A stretch of DNA of 64,000 nucleotides. Origin: Candidatus Tectimicrobiota bacterium. Its GTDB lineage: Bacteria; JACPUC01. Made by a program: the position numbers and the translations under genes. This document shows positions 1 through 9,724 of the stretch, in pieces. The stretch spans positions 124,001-188,000 of the forward strand of contig JACPUC010000011.1 in assembly GCA_016192455.1 (NCBI GenBank), read 5' to 3'. The number at the start of each line of letters is the position of its first letter. Within the stretch, counting starts at the first letter, position 1. The notes under the pieces were generated by a model, which did not search any database, was not told the DNA's origin, and was given only the letters and a program-made list of their open reading frames with translations.

Positions 1-1600
1 AGATGCGCAACCGGCCGTCCGGGCCGACGGCGAGCTGCCCCACTCGTCCCACGGCGGTGAACTCGGTGCGCCCGATCTCGACGCCGTCCGCATCGAAGGC
101 CATGACTCTGACTGGTAAATCCAGAAGAAATTGAAACCCGACCAGGAACATCGTGCCGTCGGCGGCGAATCGCGCCGCCAGGATGTGAAAGACTTCATCG
201 AGGAAGGTCGGCGCCGGCGCCTGGCGCAGCGCCCCTGACGCGGCGGCGATTTCATAGAAGCCGTGTCGGCCGAGTTGCGGCATCGTGGTATCCACAAACA
301 CGCCGAAGAGGTTGCCATCCGGCTTCACCAGGAAGGTGTTGGGTACAGCGCCGCGCACTGGCGACCCGGAGAAACCCGGGCCCTGGCCCGACACCGCGGT
401 GATGAGTGCTATAGGCAGGGGCGTCTCCCAGAGTTTTTCCCCGCGGCGCGTCACCGCGTAGACCGTATTGACGGGGGTATCGAGGAGGAGGGAGTTCGTG
501 CCGATCAACAGGAAGAGGTTTTCATCGCGGCCGACGGCCAGGACGAGCGGCAGACTGTCAGCGGGGCAGGTTGCGCAGTTGGCGCCGACGTTGTGCAGCA
601 GCACGCGCTCCCCGGCCGAGGTGTAGCCGGCGATTTTGAGGCTCGGACCGCTCCCGGAGGCGAGGTACAGGGTGTTGCTCGACGACACCGCGGAAATGGT
701 GTCGTCCATGATGGGGCGGTCTTGACGGCTCCTGACGGGCAGGTCGTCGGCATCGAACACGCGCGCCACCGTGGAGCGAAGAATTTCGGGGATGGCGACG
801 TTAGCCAGGCGCGAGCCGGTGAAGTCCCCCATGCGGGAATTGGTCCACGGCCCGGGATCGGTTCCCGGCCCCTGCGGCAGCTCCTGGCCGAAAATGATGA
901 CATCCGTTTGCCGCCCCGCCGCCGTCTGCTGGCGCACGTGGGCCGTCAGGCGCTCGTCGAGGAAGCGGAACTCGAACACCCGCTGCAAGGAGGCGCTGGC
1001 GCCCTCGAGGCGCACCAGGCGCACGTCCGGCAGATCGGCCAGCTTGAGATCGGGCGGATAAGGCTGCGAGACCGGGCCGCTGGGAGTCAGGCCGCGCGTC
1101 ACCCCCTCGTTCCAGTTCAGGCGCTCTCCCTGGAAGGTCGCTCCGGGAGGAAGTTCGAACACCACCAGACGATCCGTCGGCAGCGGATTGCGCCCGCCGC
1201 GATTGACCTGCCACAGATGCAGGCTGACGGACTGCACCTCCGCCAGGCTGCGACCGGCCGCTTGCAAGAATCCACCGACATTGAAACTCAGCAGCACCAC
1301 GCGCCGGCTGCCCGGCTCGGTGCGCACGTCGAGGCGCGCCGAGCCTTGCAGACGCGCCCGGTTCCGTTCTTCGTCGAGGTAGGTGTCGACGACCCGCTCC
1401 TGGGTCGTCCGCAGGCTCGCCCCGTCGCGAAAGTTCAAGCGCAAGTGCGGGAACACGCCCCGCTGCGCAAAGGCCATATTGGGACCGACCTCTTGCTGGG
1501 GGATCAGGTTGACCTCGAACGCAGAAGCGGGGCCTGTCAGCGCCAAGACGACCAGCCACAGCGCGCCCCCGACCGCCGCTCTCCAAGAGCGACCGAGCAT
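1..1600 (-). CDS. Secreted protein (signal peptide; DNRLRE/CBM96-like N-terminal domain followed by probable beta-propeller); runs off the left window edge
   Basis: Absent from the ORF track (no stop in window). Hand translation from ATG 1600 (GGAG RBS upstream): MLGRSWRAAVGGALWLVVLALTGPASA-FEV...DTYLDEE...VLLSFNV...VQSVSLHLWQ...VYAVTRRGEKLWETPL...VMAFDADGVEIGRTEF...LAVGPDGRLRI; frame consistent and open to base 1. Confidence 0.75.
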   Translation of the reverse strand, partial: MLGRSWRAAVGGALWLVVLALTGPASAFEVNLIPQQEVGPNMAFAQRGVFPHLRLNFRDGASLRTTQERVVDTYLDEERNRARLQGSARLDVRTEPGSRRVVLLSFNVGGFLQAAGRSLAEVQSVSLHLWQVNRGGRNPLPTDRLVVFELPPGATFQGERLNWNEGVTRGLTPSGPVSQPYPPDLKLADLPDVRLVRLEGASASLQRVFEFRFLDERLTAHVRQQTAAGRQTDVIIFGQELPQGPGTDPGPWTNSRMGDFTGSRLANVAIPEILRSTVARVFDADDLPVRSRQDRPIMDDTISAVSSSNTLYLASGSGPSLKIAGYTSAGERVLLHNVGANCATCPADSLPLVLAVGRDENLFLLIGTNSLLLDTPVNTVYAVTRRGEKLWETPLPIALITAVSGQGPGFSGSPVRGAVPNTFLVKPDGNLFGVFVDTTMPQLGRHGFYEIAAASGALRQAPAPTFLDEVFHILAARFAADGTMFLVGFQFLLDLPVRVMAFDADGVEIGRTEFTAVGRVGQLAVGPDGRLRI

Positions 1601-2570
1601 ACGGCTCTCCTTTTCCCAGACCTTGCTGGGGCGGAGCTCCTTGGGTGTGTCCTCTCTTAACCGGCTTTTCCCAGACGCCCCTTGACTTGCCACCTCTCCG
1701 ATCTTTCTCATCGTCATGAGATCGCCATCGCCGGCAACATGCAAGCTCTTGACGATCATTGTTGTCCACCAACCTCCTTGAGCGCCGCCCGGCACATTCT
1801 TTCAACCTTTACCCCCATGATGCCTCGTTTCTTGTAAGAGCAAAGGATACGCCGACCTTCGTCAGGGATACGGCGATAGACGTTTCCGGTCATCATAGCG
1901 TTATCCCGTTGGCGGTAAAGGTGTCAGCACCTACAACCAGCGGATACGCTCCATGCTTGCTATGAACAACTCCCGCGGGACCGCCGCCTCCCGTCCGCCG
2001 CCAGGCAGGCGGGCTAGAACCCATGCGCTTGCCCGGCAGCATTGGGCCCGAGGCGCAACGCCTCGCAGGGCCGCGACGACATGGCGATGGCGCGCGCTCG
2101 AGCCGCCTGGCGGCGCCTCTCGCGGCAAGCGGCTCCCCCTTCTTGGAGCAGAATAATCTCTTCACTCTTGCAGGGTCAACACCGGCGCGGCCCAAGATCA
2201 GCCAAGGCCAAGAACAAAGCCGCCCGGCCGTCGCCGGCGGTGCGACCCACCCTCCGCGCCGACAACTCCCTGGAGCGCCGCCGCCGCGAGGGGCGCCCGC
2301 CCAACCTGCCTGCGCCGGCGCGGCGGACAGGTGGCTGGCTTCAACCCAGGGCTGCCCGCGGCGCCTCGTCTCCAGCGCCGCGCCTCAACGGCCAGCGGGA
2401 GAAACGCCCTCTCAAACGCTCGTCTACAAACACTCTTGACAGTACCCCTCTCCCCCCATCGACCAGCAGAGAAAGTCGACCGCGGCGTAGGAGCGAAAGA
2501 CTTTCGTTGTCCACGAACGCGGGCGGCCGCCCTGCACGCGAGTCGGGACACCAATTTCCGTAAACAACCC

Positions 2571-2598
2571 TTGACAAGGACTCATTTTCGCCTAATAT
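2571..2598 (+). promoter_or_regulatory. Putative sigma70 promoter upstream of typA
   Basis: TTGACA-16 bp-TAATAT in an AT-rich patch ~310 nt before the typA start. Confidence 0.4.
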
Positions 2599-2907
2599 CT
2601 CTGCATACTGTATACTTTCTCCTGCGCCCAGCTTCGAGCGACCGTTGTCTCCACATTTGGAAAGCTGCAAGTGGCACAGCAGGTAGAATCAACTTCAGAG
2701 AGTCGAGACGCGGCTTGAGCACTATTCCTGCGCTGGTTACAAGTATTGAGAACTTCTCGAAAAGCCGAGGCCACCCCCCCAAGTAGAGCTTCCATCCCCT
2801 TTTTTATCTAACACACCGCGCCACACGACTCCATCTCCTGGCCTCCGCGTGCGGAGGAAAAGGGTACGTAATCCCTTATCCAACGATGAATTTGAAGGAA
2901 CCCTCCT

Positions 2908-4710
2908 GTGAACATTCGCAACCTGGCAATCATCTCCCATGTCGACCATGGTAAGACCACGTTAATTGACGGACTTTTCCGTAACGCCGGCTTGTTTGAA
3001 GGCCACAAGATTCTTGCCGAACGAGTCATGGATTCGGGAGAGCTGGAAAAAGAGCGCGGCATCACCATCACCGCCAAAAACGCCTCCTTTGTATGGAAGG
3101 AGGTTCAGGTGAATATCGTCGATACACCCGGACACTCCGATTTCGGAGGCGAGGTCGAGCGGGCGCTGCATATGGTGGACGGAGCATTGCTCTTGGTGGA
3201 CGCGGCCGAGGGACCACTCCCCCAAACGCGGTTTGTCCTGCAAAAGGCGCTGGAAAAAGGGATCAAGATCATTTGCGTGATCAACAAAGTGGACCGCTCG
3301 GACGCCCGAATCGCTGAGGTTGAAGAGCAATTACTGGAACTCTTCTACGACGTCGCTGTCAACAGTCAGCAGCTTTCGTACACGACGTTATACGCAAGCG
3401 CAAAAGAGGGGTGGGCCAGCCTGCACAAAGATGTCAGAAAGACGGATTTTTCTGATTTGCTGGATCACATCATTCAGGAAATCCCCCCACCTAACGTAAA
3501 CCCAAGCGCCCCATTCCAGATGCTGGTTACCAATCTCAAGTACAGTCCTTACGTCGGCCAAATCGCTGTGGGAAGGATCGAGTCGGGTTCGGTAACGATG
3601 AATCAGCGACTTGTCCTGCTGGGTGAAAACGGAAAATCCAGCGGCTTCAATGTAACATCGCTGGAGACTTTTTCTGGATTGGGAACTGCCCACTTTGAAG
3701 AGTTAAGGGCAGGGACCGTGGCGCTCATAGCGGGTGTCACTGATCCCCGCATCGGAGATACGATAACTACCGCCGAATACAATCAAGCGCTGCCAAGAAT
3801 AAAGGTGGACCCACCTACGGTGGCGGTGCGCATTTCCATCAACACCTCACCTCTTGCTGGAAGAGATGGCAAGTACGCTACTTCGCGCAAAGTCTATGAG
3901 CTTCTCCAGACAGCCTGCCTCGAAAACGTCGCGCTGCAACTCGATGTCGCCAATGGCGCCAACGTATTCCTGCTCAAGGCAAGGGGAGAGCTTGCGCTGG
4001 TCATCCTGATCGAGCAACTCCGGCGACAGGGTTGGGAATTTATGGTGGGACGGCCTGAGATCATTCCGGTTGAACTTGACGGACAGAAAATGGAGCCGGA
4101 GGAGATTCTCACCATTGATATTCCGGATACCTTGGTTGGCATTGTCACTCCCCTCCTCGCCTCCCGAGGCGGACGCATGGAAAACATGAAGCCCCTGGAG
4201 GGTTCCAGCCGGGTGCGAATGAAGTTTGTCATCCCGGCGCGTGGGCTGATCGGTTTGCGCTCTCAGATGCTCACTGAAACCTGGGGCCAGGCAATTTATT
4301 CAAGCTCGTTCAAGGGCTACATCCCCTATCAGGGAAAGCGTTTTAGTCGAATCAACGGCGCCTTGATCGCAGATCGCGCAGGTCAGACAACCGACTACGC
4401 CTTATTTAACCTCCAGCCGCGCGGCAGGCTCTTTCTCGGCTCCGGAGTTGATGTGTATGAGGGAATGGTTTTTGGCGAGCACAATAAGGATACGAATCTC
4501 AATTGCAACGCGGTCGTCGCAAAAAAACTCACCAATATGCGTTCCGCAGGAAAAGACGATTCAACGAAGCTCAAAGGCCGCCCAGGCTTAGGTCTGGAAG
4601 AGGCGCTGGAATGGATTGATGAGGACGAGTGGGTCGAGGTCACTCCGCTGACTGTGCGGATCAGGAAGCATGAGTTGAGGTCGAATTTTAGGAAGGTGAC
4701 GAGGAAGTAG
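2908..4710 (+). CDS. typA: Translational GTPase TypA/BipA
   Basis: [69 protein letters not shown]; 600 aa. DNA visibly less GC-rich than neighbouring core genes. Confidence 0.97.
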   Translation: MNIRNLAIISHVDHGKTTLIDGLFRNAGLFEGHKILAERVMDSGELEKERGITITAKNASFVWKEVQVNIVDTPGHSDFGGEVERALHMVDGALLLVDAAEGPLPQTRFVLQKALEKGIKIICVINKVDRSDARIAEVEEQLLELFYDVAVNSQQLSYTTLYASAKEGWASLHKDVRKTDFSDLLDHIIQEIPPPNVNPSAPFQMLVTNLKYSPYVGQIAVGRIESGSVTMNQRLVLLGENGKSSGFNVTSLETFSGLGTAHFEELRAGTVALIAGVTDPRIGDTITTAEYNQALPRIKVDPPTVAVRISINTSPLAGRDGKYATSRKVYELLQTACLENVALQLDVANGANVFLLKARGELALVILIEQLRRQGWEFMVGRPEIIPVELDGQKMEPEEILTIDIPDTLVGIVTPLLASRGGRMENMKPLEGSSRVRMKFVIPARGLIGLRSQMLTETWGQAIYSSSFKGYIPYQGKRFSRINGALIADRAGQTTDYALFNLQPRGRLFLGSGVDVYEGMVFGEHNKDTNLNCNAVVAKKLTNMRSAGKDDSTKLKGRPGLGLEEALEWIDEDEWVEVTPLTVRIRKHELRSNFRKVTRK

Positions 4711-4770
4711 CTTTTGCAGAGAGTTCTTTCCCTGACGGACGATCTCTCGTCTCTCTTGCCCGGCTATGGG

Positions 4771-5193
4771 TCAGTTCCTGGCAACAATATCATCGAGGGT
4801 AACAAGCTGGAAGCCTGGCTGAGAGGATCGTTTCAGCGCTTCGTTGAACCAAGGACAGTTGGTACAGCTCTGCTGATGCATTTCGATACCATCGGTCTTG
4901 TAAACGATGCAGAGGGTGATGCGATGCCGACTCCTGTAAGGGGGGCAATCAATATAGTGCTCCAGAAGTTGTGTTGGCAGCTTATTCGTTAACTTATGTA
5001 TCTTATGGAGCTGCTCCATCGCGGAAGTGAGCCGTGTCCCGACTTTGAAGGATGCCGAAATTCGCCCACCCTCGATGTCGGCAATCCGACTCGATAGAAG
5101 CCCCGTCACATGTGCTAATTGTTGGCGAGTGATGTTCTCCGATTCCCTGCGGTCTTTGATCTCCTTTCCGGTTAGGATATGTCGTTGAGCCAT
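4771..5193 (-). CDS. XRE-family HTH protein with C-terminal four-cysteine (possible Zn-binding) module
   Basis: GKEIKDRRESENITRQQLAHVTGLLSSRIADIEGG is a Cro/C1-type HTH; C-terminal C-x11-C-x14-CxxC. ATG at 5193 preferred. Confidence 0.7.
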   Translation of the reverse strand: MAQRHILTGKEIKDRRESENITRQQLAHVTGLLSSRIADIEGGRISASFKVGTRLTSAMEQLHKIHKLTNKLPTQLLEHYIDCPPYRSRHRITLCIVYKTDGIEMHQQSCTNCPWFNEALKRSSQPGFQLVTLDDIVARN

Positions 5194-5254
5194 CGTAGTC
5201 TTCTCAACATTGGCCAGCAGTCGACGCGCCACTGGACACCATCTTCCTAAGAAT

Positions 5255-5294
5255 AAAAAGGGGCAAGCTATCTCTGAGGAACAGCCTCGCCCCT
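5255..5294 (-). terminator. Rho-independent terminator downstream of csp
   Basis: Minus strand: AGGGGCGAGGCT...AGCTTGCCCCT stem followed by a T-tract. Confidence 0.6.
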
Positions 5295-5383
5295 CTTGTG
5301 AAGTAAGGAGCAGTAGTCCAGGAACTGAATGAATGGTCTGTTAGGGTTCCATGCAATTCAGGACCTTGGAATACAGCTACCCC

Positions 5384-5584
5384 TTACGCCTTGATCGACA
5401 TCTGGGATGCCCGTGGACCTTTGGCGCCTTGCTCCACCTGGAACTCCAGCTCGTCACCTTCAGCGAGGGTGTCGAAGGACCCTTGCGGCAAAGCACTGGA
5501 ATGGAAGAAGATTTCTTCTCCATTCTCTGCACGGACAAAGCCGAAGCCACGATCGCGTACCAGCTTCTTCACGACACCTGTCAC
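5384..5584 (-). CDS. csp: Cold-shock domain protein (CspA family)
   Basis: GTG start with AAGGAG RBS; TGVVKKLVRDRGFGFV (RNP1), EIFFHSSAL (RNP2), QGAKGPRA; 66 aa. Confidence 0.95.
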   Translation of the reverse strand: MTGVVKKLVRDRGFGFVRAENGEEIFFHSSALPQGSFDTLAEGDELEFQVEQGAKGPRASQMSIKA

Positions 5585-5699
5585 GTACTCACTCCTTGAC
5601 CAGAACAAAGACGAAAAGACCGCAGGGCCACTGGTTATTAGCCGCTACGCTCCACCAGGCAGGTCTGACTCGTGTCAGGCTGCACTACCTCGTGTGCAA

Positions 5700-5728
5700 A
5701 GTATGGTACCTCGCCGCACGTTTGTCAA
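5700..5728 (-). promoter_or_regulatory. sigma70 promoter for csp
   Basis: Minus strand TTGACA-17 bp-CATACT, implying a ~110-nt 5' leader. Confidence 0.65.
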
Positions 5729-6111
5729 GAGCAAAGCATCTCGGATTCGAGATTCTTGCGCCAGGCGCCGCTGCTTCGCACGCGGTGCGGCTTCGGGCGG
5801 CGCCGGGGAGTTGCCCTGCCGCATAGGCCTGGCGGGCATCCGCGGGGGTTTTGCCTGCCTGCGCGTCGCGCGCGGACCGGTCTCCGCGGCATCGCGGCCG
5901 TGTACGGCGTCGGCATCTCCGACAGACCGTCGGGCGTCGTCACCCAGACGATCAAGCCGCACCAGCCCATGGTTTTGGCTGCCACGATGACGAGTTCTTC
6001 AAGCTCAGAATCGTTCGCCTCCCCTGAGGCCAAGTAGGCTTTAACCAGGTGAGCCACAAGAGTGACAGAACTTCCAACTCCCAGCTCTCCCCCTGCACTG
6101 GGTGCTTCTCA

Positions 6112-6124
6112 TAACGCATTGATA
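6112..6124 (-). promoter_or_regulatory. IHF consensus site just 3' of tRNA-Lys
   Basis: Minus strand TATCAATGCGTTA matches WATCAANNNNTTR exactly, 14 nt past the tRNA CCA. Confidence 0.5.
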
Positions 6125-6138
6125 CGAGTTGGGTTACA

Positions 6139-6214
6139 TGGTGAGCCGCGTAGGAATCGAACCTACAACCTACGGATTAAGAGTCCGTTGCTCTGCCAGT
6201 TGAGCTAGCGGCCC
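6139..6214 (-). tRNA. tRNA-Lys (anticodon CTT)
   Basis: GGGCCGCTAGCTCAACTGGCAGAGCAACGGA-CT-CTT-AA-TCCGTAGGTTGTAGGTTCGATTCCTACGCGGCTCACCA; 76 nt with encoded CCA. Confidence 0.98.
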
Positions 6215-6435
6215 ACCGACGTGCGCGCGCGGCGGCAAGCAGGGTTGGGAAGTCCTCTCCGCCGCACCGCGGCCTGAACCACGATGCAGCGCCGGCTACC
6301 AGCCTGCCTTGTACTGTATGTGCTGCGCGCCGTTCCGTCAAGCTCCTGCGCTCTCCTCCCCGAGGCGCTTTCTGGACCGGGCGGCCCCACGGGCGCCGGC
6401 GTGCTCCTCTTGCGGCGGCGCCGCGGCCGGGTCGC

Positions 6436-7155
6436 TCACGCGGCGTCGGTGGTGAGGGAGACATCGGCGCGGAGGTCATGGCTGAGGTAGCGCAGGATGC
6501 GCTCCTGGAAGGTGCGGGCGTGGGCGCCGAGCTCCTGCTCGGCGGCGTCGGCATCGTGGCCGGCGATGGCGGCGATGATGCGCTCGTGCTGCTCCAGCAC
6601 CAGCTCGAGGATGGGGCCGTAGGCGGCGGTGAGCAGGTCATTGTGGCTGAAGGAGATATAGGCCAGGCGCTGGCTGTCGTTGTAGAGGCTAAAGAGCATT
6701 CGCTGCAGGTAGCTGTTCCTGCTTGCCCGCGCGATGGCGCGGTGCAGCCCCGTGTTCTGCTGCGTCATGGCGAGATGGTCCCGAGCCGCCACGGCCAGTC
6801 GAATCTGCTCCTGAATGGCGCGCAAGGCGGCGATTTCCTCCGCGCTGGCGCGCTGCGCCGCCAGGCGGGCGTTGAACCGTTCCAGCTCGTGGTAGCACTC
6901 GAAGAAATCGCGCACCTCCTGGAGCGACAGGTTGGTGACGGTGACGGCCCGCTTCGGTTCGATGACCAACAGGTGCTCGGCCTGCAGGCGGATCATCGCC
7001 TCGCGCACCGGCGTGCGCCCGAAACCCAGCTCGCGGCAGAGCTGCGCTTCGTCGAGACGCTCCCCCGGCCGATAGCGCAGGGTGATGATGCGCTCCTTTA
7101 GGGCGCTGTACGCCTGCAGGGTCTGTGGTTGCGAAGATGCCGCGCGCCGCGCCAC
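6436..7155 (-). CDS. GntR-family transcriptional regulator (FCD C-terminal domain)
   Basis: AYSALKERIITLRYRPGERLDEAQLCRELGFGRTPVREAMIRL; NTGLHRAIARASRN and EQHERIIAAI FCD motifs; divergent from the hydantoinase operon. Confidence 0.93.
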   Translation of the reverse strand: MARRAASSQPQTLQAYSALKERIITLRYRPGERLDEAQLCRELGFGRTPVREAMIRLQAEHLLVIEPKRAVTVTNLSLQEVRDFFECYHELERFNARLAAQRASAEEIAALRAIQEQIRLAVAARDHLAMTQQNTGLHRAIARASRNSYLQRMLFSLYNDSQRLAYISFSHNDLLTAAYGPILELVLEQHERIIAAIAGHDADAAEQELGAHARTFQERILRYLSHDLRADVSLTTDAA

Positions 7156-7277
7156 CTTGGTCTGCCCTCCTCCACGTCCAGAACCGCGGGCCGCGGATAA
7201 GGCCTGCCGCGAAACCCGCCTGCCGCCGGCGCTGATTGTAGCCGATGACCGGGCGAAGTGAAAGAGCCAGGCAGCGG

Positions 7278-7306
7278 TTGCGGATATATTTCAAATATAT
7301 TATATT
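7278..7306 (+). promoter_or_regulatory. sigma70 promoter with palindromic operator filling the spacer
   Basis: TTGCGG (7278-83), 17-bp spacer ATATATTT-C-AAATATAT (perfect 8-bp inverted repeat, 7284-7300), TATATT (7301-06). Confidence 0.7.
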
Positions 7307-7345
7307 GCGGCTCGATCCGCGACGGCGTTTTTCCTGGGGGATACC

Positions 7346-9415
7346 ATGGCAACCCATATCGGGGTGGACGTTGGCGGCACGTTCACCGATGTCGTGCTCA
7401 TGGATGACGCGGCGGCAACCCTGGCGATGGTCAAGGTTCCCTCGGTGCCGCCGGCTCCGGAGCGCGCCGTCCTGAACGGCCTCGCCGCCATCCTCGCCAA
7501 GACCGGCTCGTCTCCCCAGGCCGTGCAGCGCTTCATCCACGGCACCACGGTGGCCACGAACGCCATCCTGGAGGGGAAAGGGGCGCCCACGGCGCTCCTG
7601 GTGACGGCCGGGTTCAAGGATATCCTCAGCATCGCGCGGCAGGACCGCCCGCGCCTCTACGAGCCGCGCGTCGAGCGTCCCAGCCCCATTGTCCCTCGCC
7701 ACCTCACCTTCGAGGTTCCCGAACGGCTGCGCTTCGATGGTTCGATCCTTCGCCCCCTGGACGAGGAGGCCGTGAAGGAAATCTGCCGCCAGCTCCGCGA
7801 CCTGCGGGTGACGGCGGTGGCGATCTGTTTCCTGCATGCCTACGCCAACTTCGCGCACGAGCTGCGCGCCAAGGCCATCGTCGAGGAGCAGTGTCCGGAG
7901 GTCACCGTCTGCGCCTCCTGCGAGGTGCTGCCGGAGATGCGCGAGTACGAGCGCATGAACACGACGGCGATGAACGCCTACGTGCAGCCGGTCATGTCGC
8001 GCTACTTCACGCGCCTCGACACCGCCTTGAAGAGCGCCGGCGTGCAGGCGCGCCTGCACATCATGCAGTCGAACGGCGGCATCATGACCGCCGCGACGGC
8101 CGCGCAGCGCTGCGTGCAGACGGCGCTGTCGGGACCCGCCGCCGGCGCCCAGGCGGCCCTCCTGCTGGCGACGCGCGCGGGCTACGAGCACGCCATCGCC
8201 ATCGACATCGGCGGCACCAGCGCCGACATCTCCCTCACCTACAACGGCCGCCTCTCCTACACCCGCGACCTCGACCTGCGCGGGCAGGCGCTGCGGGTGA
8301 CCTCGGTGGACATCCACACCGTCGGCGCGGGCGGCGGCAGCATCGCCTGGATCGACGCCGGCGGGGCGTTGCAGGTCGGCCCGCAAAGCGCCGGCGCCGA
8401 CCCCGGTCCGGTCTGCTACGGCAAGGGGGGGACGCAGCCCACGGTGTGCGACGCGAACGTGGCGCTGGGCCGCCTGCATCCCGAGCACCTGCTGGGGGGC
8501 GCCATGCCGATCAACCGGCAGGCGGCCTGCCGCGCCATCGACGAGCAGATCGCCGCGCGCCTCGGCCTGCCGCGCGACCCCGCGGCGGAGGGTATCCTGC
8601 GGGTGGTGAACGCCACCATGGTGAAGGGGATCAAGTACGTCTCCGTCGAGAAGGGGTACGACCCGCGCGACTGCATCCTCGTCGCCTTCGGAGGCAGCGG
8701 CCCGCTGCACGGCAGCGACCTGGCGGCGGAACTCGGCATGCGCGCCATCCTGGTGCCGGCGGCGCCCGGGGTGAACAGCGCCCTCGGCCTCCTCCTCGCC
8801 GATTTCCGCTTCGACTATGCGCGCACGAAGGTGCAGACGTTGGCCTCGCTGTCGGCCGACGAGTTGGAAGGCCACTTCGTTGAGCTGGAGGAACAGGCGC
8901 GTCGGCAGCTCCTGCAGGACGGCGTGCCGCCTTCCTCCGTGAGCCTGCGGCGCAGCGTCGAGCTGCGCTATTGCGGGCAGGGAGCGGCCCTCGAGGTGCC
9001 GGTTGCCGCGGACGTTGACGGCGCAGCGGTTCTGGCCGACCTGGCGGCCGCGTTTCATGCCGCGCACATGGCGGCGTATGGGTTCAGCCATCCGCAGGCC
9101 GAGCTGGAGCTGGTCAACGTCCTCGTGGCCGCCGTGGGGGCGCTGCCGAAACCGGACCTCGCCTGCCTGGCGGCGGGCGTCGCCACGGACGGTGGCGCGC
9201 ACAACGCGGCAAGCCCGGCTCCCGTGGCGCGGCGACCTGTTTACTTCCACGGGCGCTACCTCGACACGCCGGTCTACGCTCGCGCCGCGCTGTCCACCGG
9301 CCTGCGGATGTCGGGGCCGGCGATCATCGAGCAGGTGGACTCGACGACGCTGGTCTCTCCCGAGCAGGAGATGCTCGTGGACGCTTTCGGGAACCTCATG
9401 TTGACCTTCCGCTGA
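7346..9415 (+). CDS. hyuA: Hydantoinase A / 5-oxoprolinase family, ATP-binding subunit
   Basis: IGVDVGGTFTD, HGTTVATNA, REYERMNTT, MQSNGG, LSGPAAG, DIGGTSADI, VGAGGGSI, GPQSAGADPGPVCYGKGG. Confidence 0.93.
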   Translation: MATHIGVDVGGTFTDVVLMDDAAATLAMVKVPSVPPAPERAVLNGLAAILAKTGSSPQAVQRFIHGTTVATNAILEGKGAPTALLVTAGFKDILSIARQDRPRLYEPRVERPSPIVPRHLTFEVPERLRFDGSILRPLDEEAVKEICRQLRDLRVTAVAICFLHAYANFAHELRAKAIVEEQCPEVTVCASCEVLPEMREYERMNTTAMNAYVQPVMSRYFTRLDTALKSAGVQARLHIMQSNGGIMTAATAAQRCVQTALSGPAAGAQAALLLATRAGYEHAIAIDIGGTSADISLTYNGRLSYTRDLDLRGQALRVTSVDIHTVGAGGGSIAWIDAGGALQVGPQSAGADPGPVCYGKGGTQPTVCDANVALGRLHPEHLLGGAMPINRQAACRAIDEQIAARLGLPRDPAAEGILRVVNATMVKGIKYVSVEKGYDPRDCILVAFGGSGPLHGSDLAAELGMRAILVPAAPGVNSALGLLLADFRFDYARTKVQTLASLSADELEGHFVELEEQARRQLLQDGVPPSSVSLRRSVELRYCGQGAALEVPVAADVDGAAVLADLAAAFHAAHMAAYGFSHPQAELELVNVLVAAVGALPKPDLACLAAGVATDGGAHNAASPAPVARRPVYFHGRYLDTPVYARAALSTGLRMSGPAIIEQVDSTTLVSPEQEMLVDAFGNLMLTFR

Positions 9416-9484
9416 GACTGCATGGAGGAGGCGCGGCGGGCGAAGGATGAACGTGGGGCAGGCTTGGCTTCGAGCCCATCGACT

Positions 9485-9702
9485 GTAGCGGCGGTTCGCG
9501 TTGGCACGGGCGGGGCAAGCCCCGCCCCTACGTGCTTGCGCCCGTGCCCGTAGGGGCGGTTCGCGAACCGCCCCGCGAGGGAGCCGGGCCCCCGGAACAA
9601 TGTTCCGCGCGCTCCCGCGCCTCCGCCAGCCGCATGCGGTTCGCGGCAACAGGGTCCAGGGATCAAGGATCCCTGGCGGGGGTCTGGGGGCGGAGCCACC
9701 AG
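9485..9702. repeat. Cluster of REP-like palindromes between hyuA and hyuB
   Basis: GGGCGGGGCAAGCCCCGCCCCTAC (9508-31), GTAGGGGCGGTTCGCGAACCGCCCC (9550-74), CCAGGGATCAAGGATCCCTGG (9656-76). Confidence 0.8.
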
Positions 9703-9724
9703 CTCTGCTTTAGAGGAACGGAAC

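Noticed and set aside
263-1660. 465-aa plus-strand ORF
   Set aside because: Antisense shadow of the minus-strand gene, which has an RBS, signal peptide and natural composition.
6049-6082. Degenerate att copy of the tRNA-Lys 3' end (GGTGAGCC...GAAC...CAAC)
   Set aside because: Only 8 contiguous matches and just ~90 bp from the tRNA; not distinguishable from chance.
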